Positions 47,835-58,300 of a stretch of DNA of 64,000 nt are shown one piece after another. The notes under the pieces are model-generated. The model saw only the letters and a program-made list of their open reading frames with translations. It did not search any database and was not told where the DNA came from. Source of the DNA: Verrucomicrobiota bacterium (GTDB lineage: Bacteria > Verrucomicrobiota > Verrucomicrobiia > Limisphaerales > UBA11358); assembly GCA_049522015.1 (NCBI GenBank), contig JBEKOG010000024.1, positions 5,291 through 69,290 of the forward strand, read 5' to 3'. The translations under genes were made by a program, and so were the position numbers. How positions within the stretch are numbered: the stretch's first letter is position 1; the number at the start of each line of letters is the position of its first letter.

Positions 47835-50270
47835 ATGCAAAATATGAAAACAAAAACAACCACACTCACTCCTGAAATGCTCCACAAGATGGACGCCTAC
47901 TGGCGCGCTGCCAACTATCTGTCGGTCGGCCAGATTTATCTCTACGACAATCCGCTGCTGAAGCGGCCGCTGAAACTCTCGGACGTGAAGCCGCTGGTGG
48001 TCGGACACTGGGGCACGACGCCGGGCCAAAACTTCATCTATCTGCATTTGAACCGGGTCATCAAGAAGTATGACCTGGACATGTTCTACATCGCCGGCCC
48101 TGGTCACGGCGGCCCGGCGCTGGTGGGCAATACTTACCTCGAAGGCAGCTACAGTGAGATTTATCCCAACATCAGCCAGGACGAAGCCGGGCTGAAAAAA
48201 CTGTTCACGCAATTCTCGTTTCCCGGCGGGATTTCCAGCCATGTTGCGCCGACAACGCCGGGGTCAATTCACGAGGGCGGCGAACTGGGCTATTCGCTCA
48301 GCCACGCCTTCGGGGCCGCGTTCGACAATCCCGAACTGATCGTTGCCTGCATTGTCGGCGATGGCGAGGCGGAAACGGGTCCGCTGGCCACGGCATGGCA
48401 ATCCAACAAGTTTCTCGACCCAATTACCGATGGGGCCGTGCTGCCGATCCTGCACCTCAATGGCTACAAGATTAGCAACCCGACCGTCCTGGCCCGCATC
48501 GAGCATGAGGAATTGGAGCAATTTTTCCGTGGCTGCGGCTGGACGCCTTACTTTGTGGAAGGCGATGAGCCGAAAAAGATGCATGAACTCATGGCCACCA
48601 CCTTGGAAAAGGCCATCGAGGACATCCGGCGAATCCAAAAGAATGCGCGGAACAAGAACGACACTACCCGGCCGCGCTGGCCAATGATCGTCCTCCGGTC
48701 ACCCAAGGGCTGGACGGGACCGAAAGTCGTCGATGGTCTGCAAGTTGAGGGCACCTTCCGAGCGCATCAAGTGCCGCTCCTGGTGGACTCCGCGCATCCG
48801 GATCATGTCAAGCAGCTCGAAAGCTGGATGAAAAGCTACAAGGCCGAGGAGCTGTTCGATAAAAATGGCCGGCTCATGCCGGAACTGGCCGAGCTGGCGC
48901 CGAAGGGCGACCGCAGGATGGGCGCCAATCCGCACGCCAACGGCGGCATTCTGCTGCGCGACCTGCGCATGCCGGACTTCCATGACCACGCAGTGAATGT
49001 GCCTTCGCCCGGCGCCGTTGACGGCCAGGATACGCTCGTGCTGGGTAAGTTCCTGCGTGACATCGAGAAACTGAACCAGGATCAGCGTAATTTCCGTATC
49101 TTCGGTCCCGATGAGACGCTCTCAAATCTCTTGGGCGCGGTCTTTGAAGTCACCAACCGTCAGTGGGACGCTCGGGAAGTAAAAAATGATGAATTCCTCG
49201 CGCCCGCCGGACGCGTGCTGGATTCGATGCTCAGCGAGCACCAGTGCGAGGGTTGGTTGGAAGGTTATCTGCTCACCGGACGGCACGGGCTGTTCAACAG
49301 CTATGAGGCCTTCATTCGCATCGTTGATTCGATGTTCAGCCAGCACGCCAAGTGGTTGAAGGTGACGTTGGAATTACCCTGGCGCCGGAAGATCGCGTCC
49401 CTAAACTATCTGCTCGCCTCCCATGTCTGGCAGCAGGATCACAACGGCTTCACGCATCAGGATCCCGGTTTTCTCGACCACGTCATCAACAAGAAGGCCG
49501 ATATCGTGCGTGTTTACCTGCCGCCCGACGCGAACTGCCTGCTGTCGGTGTTTGATCACTGCCTGCGCAGCCGGCATTACGTCAACGTGGTGGTGGCCGG
49601 CAAACACCCCCTCCCGCAATGGCTGACCATGGACGCCGCGGTCGTGCATTGCACGGAAGGCATTGGCATCTGGCAATGGGCCAGCAACGACCAAGGCTCC
49701 GAGCCGGATGTGGTGATGGCCTGCTGCGGCGACACGCCCACGCTGGAGATTCTGGCCGCCGTTTCCATTCTACGCCAGCATCTGCCCGACCTGAAAATTC
49801 GTGTGGTCAACGTCGTCGATCTGATGAAGCTACAGTCTGCGAGCGAACACCCGCACGGGTTGAGCGAAACGGACTACGATTCGCTTTTCACGAAAGACAA
49901 GCACATCGTTTTTGGCTTCCACGGATACCCCTGGCTGGTTCACCGGCTGACCTACCGCCGGACCAATCGCAACCTCCACGTCCGTGGCTACAAGGAAGAA
50001 GGCACGATCACAACGGCCTTCGACATGCGGGTGCAGAATGACCTGGACCGCTTTCATCTGGTGCAAGACGTGGTGGATCGGCTACCGCACCTAGGCTCAA
50101 AGGGCGCCTACCTGAAGCAGCAGATGCAGGACAAGCTCATCGAGCACAAGCATTACATTGATCAACACGGCCAGGACCTGCCGGAGATTCGGAATTGGAA
50201 GTGGAGTCGGGGCGAAACGCAGAAAGGGAAACCGCTGGCGGATAAGGCGCGTGTGCCTGAACCAAACTGA
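47835..50270 (+). CDS. xfp: Phosphoketolase (XFP)
   Basis: [52 protein letters not shown]. Confidence 0.96.
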   Translation: MQNMKTKTTTLTPEMLHKMDAYWRAANYLSVGQIYLYDNPLLKRPLKLSDVKPLVVGHWGTTPGQNFIYLHLNRVIKKYDLDMFYIAGPGHGGPALVGNTYLEGSYSEIYPNISQDEAGLKKLFTQFSFPGGISSHVAPTTPGSIHEGGELGYSLSHAFGAAFDNPELIVACIVGDGEAETGPLATAWQSNKFLDPITDGAVLPILHLNGYKISNPTVLARIEHEELEQFFRGCGWTPYFVEGDEPKKMHELMATTLEKAIEDIRRIQKNARNKNDTTRPRWPMIVLRSPKGWTGPKVVDGLQVEGTFRAHQVPLLVDSAHPDHVKQLESWMKSYKAEELFDKNGRLMPELAELAPKGDRRMGANPHANGGILLRDLRMPDFHDHAVNVPSPGAVDGQDTLVLGKFLRDIEKLNQDQRNFRIFGPDETLSNLLGAVFEVTNRQWDAREVKNDEFLAPAGRVLDSMLSEHQCEGWLEGYLLTGRHGLFNSYEAFIRIVDSMFSQHAKWLKVTLELPWRRKIASLNYLLASHVWQQDHNGFTHQDPGFLDHVINKKADIVRVYLPPDANCLLSVFDHCLRSRHYVNVVVAGKHPLPQWLTMDAAVVHCTEGIGIWQWASNDQGSEPDVVMACCGDTPTLEILAAVSILRQHLPDLKIRVVNVVDLMKLQSASEHPHGLSETDYDSLFTKDKHIVFGFHGYPWLVHRLTYRRTNRNLHVRGYKEEGTITTAFDMRVQNDLDRFHLVQDVVDRLPHLGSKGAYLKQQMQDKLIEHKHYIDQHGQDLPEIRNWKWSRGETQKGKPLADKARVPEPN

Positions 50271-50334
50271 CGGTGGATCAGCGGGAGCAACCGTGCAAAA
50301 CAAAATAACCTGAAACGAACCAAAGGAGTCCAAA

Positions 50335-51108
50335 ATGCCCATTCAACTCAATGAAGAAAATGGCGGGAAGATTCTCGTCGTTCACGTCAGCGGGAAGCTG
50401 GCAAAGGCGGATTACGAGCACTTTGTGCCCGAGTTCGAGCGACTCGTCCAGCAGCACGGAAAGTTGCGCGTGCTGTTCGATATGACCGGCTTCCACGGCT
50501 GGGATGCCGCCGTGCTGTGGGACGAAATCAAGTTCGACATTAATCACTTCGCCGACATCGAACGGCTCGCGATGGTCGGGGATAAGAAGTGGCAGCACGG
50601 CATGGCGACGTTCTTCAAGCCGTTCACGAAAGCGACGACCCGATACTTCGATCACACCGATGCCGCTGAGGCACGGAAGTGGTTGGGCGAATCTGTAGCG
50701 ACAGGAAACGAAATAGGAGGACGACACATGCTGAAACACCAACTGCTTTTGCCGGAAGGGATACTCATTCTCGAACCCGACGCGCCGCTCGAAGCGGCCG
50801 ACTTCGAGGGCCTGGTTCGCGAGATCGATCCGTATATCGCGGAACATGGAAAACTATCGGGCTTGATGATTCGCGCCAAAGCATTTCCCGGCTGGGCGAA
50901 TCTCGAAGCGTTTCTCGCTCATATGCAATTCATCAAAAGCCATCACCAGAAGATTGTCCGACTGGCGATGGTCACCGACAGCAAACTTCTGGGGGAATTG
51001 CCCAAGATCGCCGCCCATCTTGTGCATGTGCAGGTCAAACACTTTTCGGAATCGCAGCACGAGGACGCGCTGCGCTGGCTCAAGGAGGGAACTCCGGTCA
51101 GTCCCTAA
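50335..51108 (+). CDS. Tandem SpoIIAA-like (STAS/SEC14) domain protein, possibly two fused genes
   Basis: Two HGKL..L....F.GW...RLAMV.D...A..WL domains; internal AGGAGG + ATG at 50728. Confidence 0.8.
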   Translation: MPIQLNEENGGKILVVHVSGKLAKADYEHFVPEFERLVQQHGKLRVLFDMTGFHGWDAAVLWDEIKFDINHFADIERLAMVGDKKWQHGMATFFKPFTKATTRYFDHTDAAEARKWLGESVATGNEIGGRHMLKHQLLLPEGILILEPDAPLEAADFEGLVREIDPYIAEHGKLSGLMIRAKAFPGWANLEAFLAHMQFIKSHHQKIVRLAMVTDSKLLGELPKIAAHLVHVQVKHFSESQHEDALRWLKEGTPVSP

Positions 51109-51122
51109 TCCGCACTGGAAAT

Positions 51123-51341
51123 ATGAATGAATTAAAGCACGATCACAAATCGCACGGAGATCCTAATGGCGGCCCGATTCATCACGGCCAACCTCCTTAT
51201 TGGCGACGCGCGCATCGGGATTGGCGAATTTGGTTTTGCGTGATTGTGATGCTCGTGGCCATGGCGGTCTATTTGATGACCGGTGATTTGCGCTGGCCGT
51301 TTCATGGCCATCCGCAGCCAATGGTGCCAATCGCCGGCTGA
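51123..51341 (+). CDS. Small His-rich single-TM protein (72 aa)
   Basis: PYWRRAHRDWRIW followed by a TM segment; co-oriented in the operon. Confidence 0.6.
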   Translation: MNELKHDHKSHGDPNGGPIHHGQPPYWRRAHRDWRIWFCVIVMLVAMAVYLMTGDLRWPFHGHPQPMVPIAG

Positions 51342-51370
51342 AAATATTTGGCGAGCCGCCAATTACCGAC

Positions 51371-52393
51371 ATGAACACGCAACTGTTAATAGATACTGCC
51401 AACAAACTGGTTGCCGACGACAAAGGTTTGCTGGCGATGGATGAAAGCAATCCCACCTGCAACAAACGCTTCGCGAAGCTGGACATCCCGCAAACGGTGG
51501 AGGCCCGCCGCGCGTATCGGGAATTGATCGTCACCACTCCCGGTCTAGGTGAGAGCATCAGTGGCGTGATCCTCTATGACGAGACAATACACCAGCAAAA
51601 GAAAGATGGCACGCCCTTTCTCAAAGTCCTAACCGATGCGGGAATTATTCCCGGCATCAAAGTAGATACCGGAGCCAAGGACCTGGCCGCTCATCCCGGC
51701 GAAAAAGTCACCGAAGGTCTGGACGGATTGCGCGACCGTCTGGCGGAATACTTTCAAATGGGCGCGCGTTTTGCCAAGTGGCGGGCGGTGATTGCCATCG
51801 GTGTTGGCATTCCCAGCCGGAGTTGCATAGAGGCCAACGCGCACGCGTTGGCGCGCTACGCCTCGTTATGCCAGGAAGCCGGCTTGGTTCCCGTCGTCGA
51901 GCCGGAAGTGCTCATGGACGGCGATCATACTCTGGAGCAGTGCCGCGCGGCGACGGAGGAAGTCCTGCGAACTGTTTTCAACCAACTGAATTCCCAGCGC
52001 GTGCTGCTGGAAGGCATGATTTTGAAACCCAACATGGTGCTGCCGGGATTGACCTGCCCCACGCAAGCATCCGTGGACGAGGTGGCCAACATCACGGTGA
52101 AGAGTCTATGGCGAACTGTCCCGGCTGCGGTTCCGGGGATTGCATTTTTGTCCGGGGGCCAATCTGCCGAACTGGCTTCGGCCCGTTTGAATACCATGAA
52201 TCTTCGATTCAAGTCGAAATTGCCTTGGGCGCTGGCGTTTTCGTTTGCCCGCGCCATCCAGCAACCGGCTTTGGAGACTTGGCAAGGCAAGGAGACCAAC
52301 GTGCCAGCGGCACAGCGATCTCTGCTTCATCGGGCAAGATGCAACCGGGCTGCACGCCGTGGCGAATACACTGCCGCGATGGAAAGGACATGA
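51371..52393 (+). CDS. Class I fructose-bisphosphate aldolase
   Basis: KGLLAMDES, GIKVD, FAKWR, VEPEVL.DG, LKPNMV, FLSGGQ. Confidence 0.95.
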   Translation: MNTQLLIDTANKLVADDKGLLAMDESNPTCNKRFAKLDIPQTVEARRAYRELIVTTPGLGESISGVILYDETIHQQKKDGTPFLKVLTDAGIIPGIKVDTGAKDLAAHPGEKVTEGLDGLRDRLAEYFQMGARFAKWRAVIAIGVGIPSRSCIEANAHALARYASLCQEAGLVPVVEPEVLMDGDHTLEQCRAATEEVLRTVFNQLNSQRVLLEGMILKPNMVLPGLTCPTQASVDEVANITVKSLWRTVPAAVPGIAFLSGGQSAELASARLNTMNLRFKSKLPWALAFSFARAIQQPALETWQGKETNVPAAQRSLLHRARCNRAARRGEYTAAMERT

Positions 52394-53412
52394 GCATGAC
52401 AACGAAGAGACATGTCATGGATCAAATACCGCTGTATCCGCTTCGATTTGAACCAATCTACCAGTATCGGCTTTGGGGTGGCCGGCGTTTGGCCAACCTG
52501 CTCTCCGCGCCGCTGCCCGGCGATGGACCCATCGGCGAAGCCTGGCTGCTGAGCGACCGCGATGATCATCCGAGCCACGTTGCCGATGGACCGCTCAAGG
52601 GACGGAGCATCGGGCAATTGCTTCATCAGTGGCCGGAGCAGTTGCTGGGAAAACTGGCCGGGCGCTTCCGCCAGTTCCCTCTGCTGCTGAAATTCCTCGA
52701 CGTGCGCGACACACTTTCGGTTCAGGTGCATCCATCGGATAATCAGACCCAGTATATTCCCGCAGGCGAGACCGGGAAGACCGAAGCCTGGGTGGTGCTG
52801 GAGGCGGGGACAAAAAGCCGCATCTACGCGGGCCTCAAGCCTGCCACCACGACAGACACTCTGCGGCAGGCGCTCGCGAACGGAACGGTGGCGGACCATC
52901 TCGCATCCTTCACTCCGAAGCCCGGCGACGGAATTTTCATTCCGGCCGGAACCGTTCATTCGTTGGGCGACGTGGTGGTCTTTGAAGTGCAGGAAAACAG
53001 CGACGTGACGTTTCGCCTTTACGACTGGAACCACGTTGATGCCAAGACCGGCCAGTCCCGACCTCTGCAAGTTGATCAGGCGATGGCCTGTATTGATTTT
53101 ACGCAAGGTGCAATCGGGCCGGTGGTGCCAATGGTGGATGAGGCAAAGCCGGTGTTGCGAGAGCGGCTCTTTGATTGTGAACTTTTCGGGTTGTGGCGGT
53201 TCGGGGCAGAATCGCCGTTTGGAGTCGGCGCCGAAGGAACCCCGCGCGTGCTGGTGTGCATCGCCGGCGACGGTCAGGTGGAGCACGATGGCGCCGATTA
53301 TGCCATCGGCAAAGGTGACGTGCTGCTCTTGCCAGCCGTGGTCGGAGCGTGTTTGTGCCGACCGCGTGGTGCCATCAGCTTGTTGGAAATTTCGCTGCCG
53401 GAAGGCACCTAA
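52390..53412 (+). CDS. manA: Mannose-6-phosphate isomerase, type I (cupin)
   Basis: LWGG, IGEAW, FPLLLKFLD...LSVQVHP, GKTEAW, AGTVH, EVQENSDVTFRLYDW. Confidence 0.9.
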   Translation: MSMTTKRHVMDQIPLYPLRFEPIYQYRLWGGRRLANLLSAPLPGDGPIGEAWLLSDRDDHPSHVADGPLKGRSIGQLLHQWPEQLLGKLAGRFRQFPLLLKFLDVRDTLSVQVHPSDNQTQYIPAGETGKTEAWVVLEAGTKSRIYAGLKPATTTDTLRQALANGTVADHLASFTPKPGDGIFIPAGTVHSLGDVVVFEVQENSDVTFRLYDWNHVDAKTGQSRPLQVDQAMACIDFTQGAIGPVVPMVDEAKPVLRERLFDCELFGLWRFGAESPFGVGAEGTPRVLVCIAGDGQVEHDGADYAIGKGDVLLLPAVVGACLCRPRGAISLLEISLPEGT

Positions 53413-53415
53413 TCC

Positions 53416-54198
53416 ATGAAAAGACTCATTGTTTTCGATCTGGATGGCACGCTTGCAGAAAGCAAAGCATCTCTCGATGCCGAGATGGCCAAACTGCTCA
53501 GCGCTCTGCTGGGAATTGTGAAGGTGGCGGTAATTTCCGGCGGCGATTGGCCGCAGTTTGAGAAACAAGTGCTCTCCAATCTGCCCCATGACGAACACCT
53601 GAAGAATCTATCTCTCCTTCCCACCTGTGGAACAAAGTTTTACCAATACGCAGAGGATTGGAAAAAGATCTACTCGGAAGATTTCACTGCGGATCAAAAA
53701 GAGAAAATCATCAGTTCGCTAAAGCAAGCGGTTGGGTCATCGGGCTTCAAGGTCGAAAAGACCTGGGGCGAGCAGATTGAAGACCGGGGAAGCCAGATTA
53801 CATTCTCGGCGTTAGGGCAGCAGGCGCCTATCGAAGAAAAGAAAAAATGGGACCCTGATTTCACCAAGCGGAAGAAGATCAAGGCACTCCTAGATAAACT
53901 GATCCCCGAGTTTTCCGTGCGCCTGGGCGGCACGACATCCGTTGACGTCACCAAGCCGGGCATTGATAAAGCCTACGGGATTCGGAAACTCCGGGACACA
54001 CTTGGCATTGTGATTCAGGAGATGATTTTTATCGGGGATGCCTTGTTCCCCGGCGGAAACGACTATCCGGCCGAACAAGCCGGTGTCGTGTCCATCCGCG
54101 TCCGGGATCCCAACGAGTCGAAACGGGTGATTGAAGCCATCGTCGCTTGTCTGGGTGGCGTTCAACCCACAAAGCCTGGTGAGGAGAAGACCGGATGA
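53416..54198 (+). CDS. HAD-IIB hydrolase, phosphomannomutase-like
   Basis: FDLDGTL, IEDRGSQITFS.LG, GGTTSVDV...DKAYG, FIGD...GGNDY, as in PMM-type HADs. Confidence 0.85.
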   Translation: MKRLIVFDLDGTLAESKASLDAEMAKLLSALLGIVKVAVISGGDWPQFEKQVLSNLPHDEHLKNLSLLPTCGTKFYQYAEDWKKIYSEDFTADQKEKIISSLKQAVGSSGFKVEKTWGEQIEDRGSQITFSALGQQAPIEEKKKWDPDFTKRKKIKALLDKLIPEFSVRLGGTTSVDVTKPGIDKAYGIRKLRDTLGIVIQEMIFIGDALFPGGNDYPAEQAGVVSIRVRDPNESKRVIEAIVACLGGVQPTKPGEEKTG

Positions 54199-55304
54199 GT
54201 GGCTTTCAATTACAGCGCCTGGGAATGTTGATGGAGCCGGAGCCGGGTAATCCGCAGGAGGTTGAAGGCGTCCTGAATCCGGCTGCCATTCGTGGCCCTG
54301 ATGGCAAGCTTTACCTGTTTCCGAGGCTTGTCGCGCGGGGCAATTATTCGCGCATCGGCATCGCCCGGGTCCGGTTTAATGAAGCCGGCGATCCGTCCGG
54401 AGTCGAGCGGCTCGGCATTGCGCTCCAGCCCGAGGCTGATTATGAGCGGCGATCTGACGGCAGCGGCGGCTGCGAAGATCCCCGCATCACGTTTGTCGAA
54501 CCGCTTCGGCACTACGTGATGACTTACACGGCGCTATCGCCGATAGGCCCACGGATCGCCCTGGCCGTATCGGAGGATTTGTTCCACTGGAAGCGACTGG
54601 GGCTTGCGACCTTTGCTGCGTTTCAGGGCATCGATTTCGTCCACGTGGACAACAAGGACGCCAGCATCTTCCCCGTCGCCATTCCCAATCACGCCGGGAA
54701 AATGCAGATGGCCATGCTCCATCGTCCTCTTTTCCCCGGCACTCGTCCCGAGGAAACCGCCTGCCAGACCGCGTCGCGGGTGGTGGACCTTGATCATGAA
54801 AGCATCTGGATTTCCTATTGTCCGATGCCACCCAAGGACCTGGCACCGCATCGTCCCGGCCTGTTCAACTCGCACCATCGGTTGGCAACTCCGGTGTCCC
54901 CCTGGGAGCGGCTCAAAATCGGTGGCGGCACTCCGCCCATACTAACTAAACACGGCTGGCTGATTATTTACCACGGTGTGAGCAAAATGGCGGAGCCGGG
55001 CAACGACGGACGCCAGCTCTGCTACTCGGCTGGGGTGATGGTGCTCTCGAAGGAGCATCCGCGCGAGATCCGCTATCGTTCGGTGGACCCAGTGTTGACG
55101 CCGGAAATGCCGCAGGAACGCCACGGGACCATCGCCAACGTCGTGTTCCCCACCGGCATTGACCGGCGCGAAGATCTCGGCTCACCGGACCGCTTCGACG
55201 TTTATTACGGGATGGCCGACAACCGGATTGGCGTGGCTCGCCTCGACGTGCCGGATTTCCTGCCGCCGGGAGGTGCCGCCGACCCGCCGGAAGCAAAGGT
55301 ATGA
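54195..55304 (+). CDS. GH130-like glycosidase/phosphorylase
   Basis: GVLNPAA, CEDPRIT, NKDA.IFP, LHRP, KIGGG.PP, YHGV, NVVFPTG, YYGMAD. Confidence 0.88.
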   Translation: MSGFQLQRLGMLMEPEPGNPQEVEGVLNPAAIRGPDGKLYLFPRLVARGNYSRIGIARVRFNEAGDPSGVERLGIALQPEADYERRSDGSGGCEDPRITFVEPLRHYVMTYTALSPIGPRIALAVSEDLFHWKRLGLATFAAFQGIDFVHVDNKDASIFPVAIPNHAGKMQMAMLHRPLFPGTRPEETACQTASRVVDLDHESIWISYCPMPPKDLAPHRPGLFNSHHRLATPVSPWERLKIGGGTPPILTKHGWLIIYHGVSKMAEPGNDGRQLCYSAGVMVLSKEHPREIRYRSVDPVLTPEMPQERHGTIANVVFPTGIDRREDLGSPDRFDVYYGMADNRIGVARLDVPDFLPPGGAADPPEAKV

Positions 55305-55346
55305 CGCGCCTGATTTCGAAAAATTGAACCGGAAAGGATACACATT

Positions 55347-58300
55347 ATGAAACCCAATGCCGACCAGCCCAAGGCTCCCGAACCGAAGCCCAGTGCATCC
55401 ACAGAATCGAAACCCAACGCTACCAATGCCAAGACTGACGCAAAGCCCACAGCACCCGCATCCAAACCGGGCGCGAAGCCTGATGCCAAGCCAGATGTCA
55501 AACCCGATCCGAAAGATGATTTGAAAACGCTGCCGCTGGCGGAGGTGGAGAAAAAATTGGAGTCGTCGCCCGACGGCCTCACCCAAGCTGAGGCGCAGAA
55601 ACGGCTCACTCAATATGGGCCGAATGAACTTACCGAGAAGAAGACAAATCTCTTCCTGAAATTCCTCTCCTATTTTTGGGGTCCCATCCCGTGGATGATA
55701 GAGATTGCGGTGATTCTGTCGGGAGTGGTCGGACACTGGCCGGATTTTTTCATCATCCTTCTCTTGCTTGTGGCCAACGCCGTGGTCGGATTCTGGGAAG
55801 AACGCGAGGCGAGCAACGCCATTGAGGCTCTCAAGGCCAAGCTGGCGATCAAGGCCCGGGTGAAACGTGATGGGAAGTGGATCAACCCGCCGGCGCGCGA
55901 GTTGGTGCCGGGCGATGTCATCCGCATGCGGCTGGGCGACATTGTGCCGGCGGATGCGCGACTGCTGGACGGCGACCCGGTGGAGGTGGATCAGTCCGCG
56001 CTGACGGGAGAATCTTTGCCCGCCGAGCGCAAATCGGGCGACGCGGTGTTTTCCGGTTCGATCATCCGCCAGGGCGAAATTGGCGCAATGGTCTATGCCA
56101 CCGGTGAGAAAACCTACTTTGGCAAGACGGCGCAACTCGTGCAGGAGGCGCACACCGTCAGTCATTTTCAGAAGGCGGTTTTGAAAATCGGCAATTACCT
56201 GATCATTCTCGCCGTGTCGCTGGTAGCGGTGATTATTGGTTTCGCAATCTATCGCGGCGACGCAATCCTCACCACGCTGCAGTTTGCCCTGGTGCTGACT
56301 GTGGCCGCGATTCCCGTGGCGATGCCAACGGTGCTGTCGGTGACGATGGCGGTTGGTGCGCGCCTGCTCTCCAAGAAACAGGCGATTGTGAGCCGGTTGG
56401 TGGCCATCGAAGAATTGGCAGGCGTGGACGTGCTGTGCGCGGACAAGACCGGCACCCTGACCCAGAACAAACTGACGTTGGGCGATCCGTTCAGCGTGAA
56501 TAATGTTCCTGCCGAACAAGTCATCCTCAATGGCGCGCTGGCGTCGCGCGCAGAGAATAACGACACCATTGACCTGGCCGTTCTGGGCGGACTGAAAGAC
56601 AAGGATTCTTTAAAAAGCTATGAGGTAGTCCATTTCCAGCCGTTCGACCCGGTGCATAAACGCACCGAGGCCACCGTCAAAGCCAAAGACGGAAAGACGT
56701 TCAAGGTGACGAAGGGCGCGCCACAGGTGATTTTGGCATTGTCGGCCAACGCCGGGCAGGTGAAGCCCGCCGTCGAGAAAGCCGTCAACGAATTCGCGGC
56801 GCGCGGCTTTCGTTCATTGGGTGTGGCGCGGGCCGATGGCAACGGGCAATGGCAGTTTGTTGGCGTGTTGCCACTGTTCGATCCGCCACGGGAAGATGCC
56901 AAGGCCACCATCGCGACCGCGCTGGCGATGGGTGTTAAAGTCAAAATGGTTACCGGCGATGCACTGGCCATTGCCAAGGAAACCGCCAAAAAGTTGGACA
57001 TGGGCACAAATATCCTCGATGCCGCCAGCCTGGGTGACACGAAAAAGGAAGAGACCACCGAGGTGGCCGAGTCCATCGAGAAGGCCGACGGTTTCGCCCA
57101 GGTGTTCCCCGAACACAAGTTTCACATTGTGGATGTCCTGCAAAAACGCGGTCACATTGTCGGCATGACGGGTGACGGGGTGAATGACGCCCCCGCGTTG
57201 AAGAAAGCCGACTGCGGCATCGCCGTTTCGGGTGCGACCGACGCGGCACGCGCGGCAGCAGCCATCGTGCTGACGACGCCCGGCCTGTCGGTGATTATTG
57301 ATGCGATCAAGGAGAGCCGAAGAATTTTCCAGCGGATGAACAGCTACGCGATTTACCGCATCGCCGAGACGCTCCGAGTGTTGTTCTTCATGACGCTGGC
57401 GATCCTGATCTTCAACTTTTATCCATTGACGGCGGTGATGATCGTGATGCTGGCGTTGCTCAACGACGGCGCCATCCTGTCCATCGCCTATGACAACGTT
57501 CATTACAAAGATAAGCCCGAAGCCTGGAACATGCGCATGGTGCTGGGGATTTCCACGGTGCTGGGCATCATCGGGGTCGTCTCCGCCTTCGGCTTGTTTT
57601 ATCTCGGTGAGCGTGTCTTTCATCTCGACCGCGCGCACATCCAGACGCTGATGTATTTGAAGCTGTCGGTGGCGGGACATCTGACGATTTTCCTCACGCG
57701 CACGCGTGGCCCGTTCTGGTCTCATCGTCCGGCGCGGATTTTATGGGTGGCCGTGGTCGGCACGCAAATCGTGGCGACGTTGATCGCGGTTTATGGTTTG
57801 TTTATGACACCCCTCGGCTGGGGATGGGCCGGGTTCGTGTGGGGCTATGCGCTGCTGTGGTTCCTCTTGAATGACCGCGTGAAACTGCTCGCGTATCGGA
57901 TTTTTGATCCCGTCAAAGCTGAGGCTAAATCTGAAGCCAAAGCCAAGCCTGATGCCAAAATAGTGTCTAAACCTGAAACCAAGGCTGAACCGAAGCCGGA
58001 AGCCACAGTCGAGCCAAAACCCGAAGCCAAAACCGAGCCTAAGCCTGAAGCCAAGGCCGATTCCAAAACTCAAGCCAAATCCGAACCAAAACCAAAAGCT
58101 GGAGCTGAAACCAAGCCTGTAGTCGAACCTAAACCTGAAGTCAAAATCGAGTCTAAACCGGAAGCGAAGGCCGAGCCGCAGCCTGAAGCCAAGCCTGATG
58201 CCAAACCTGATGCCAAAATCGAGGACAAGCCCGAAGTAAAAGACGAAAGTAAGCCTGACGCCAAAGCTGATGCCAAACCTGAAGCTAAAACTGAGGCTAA

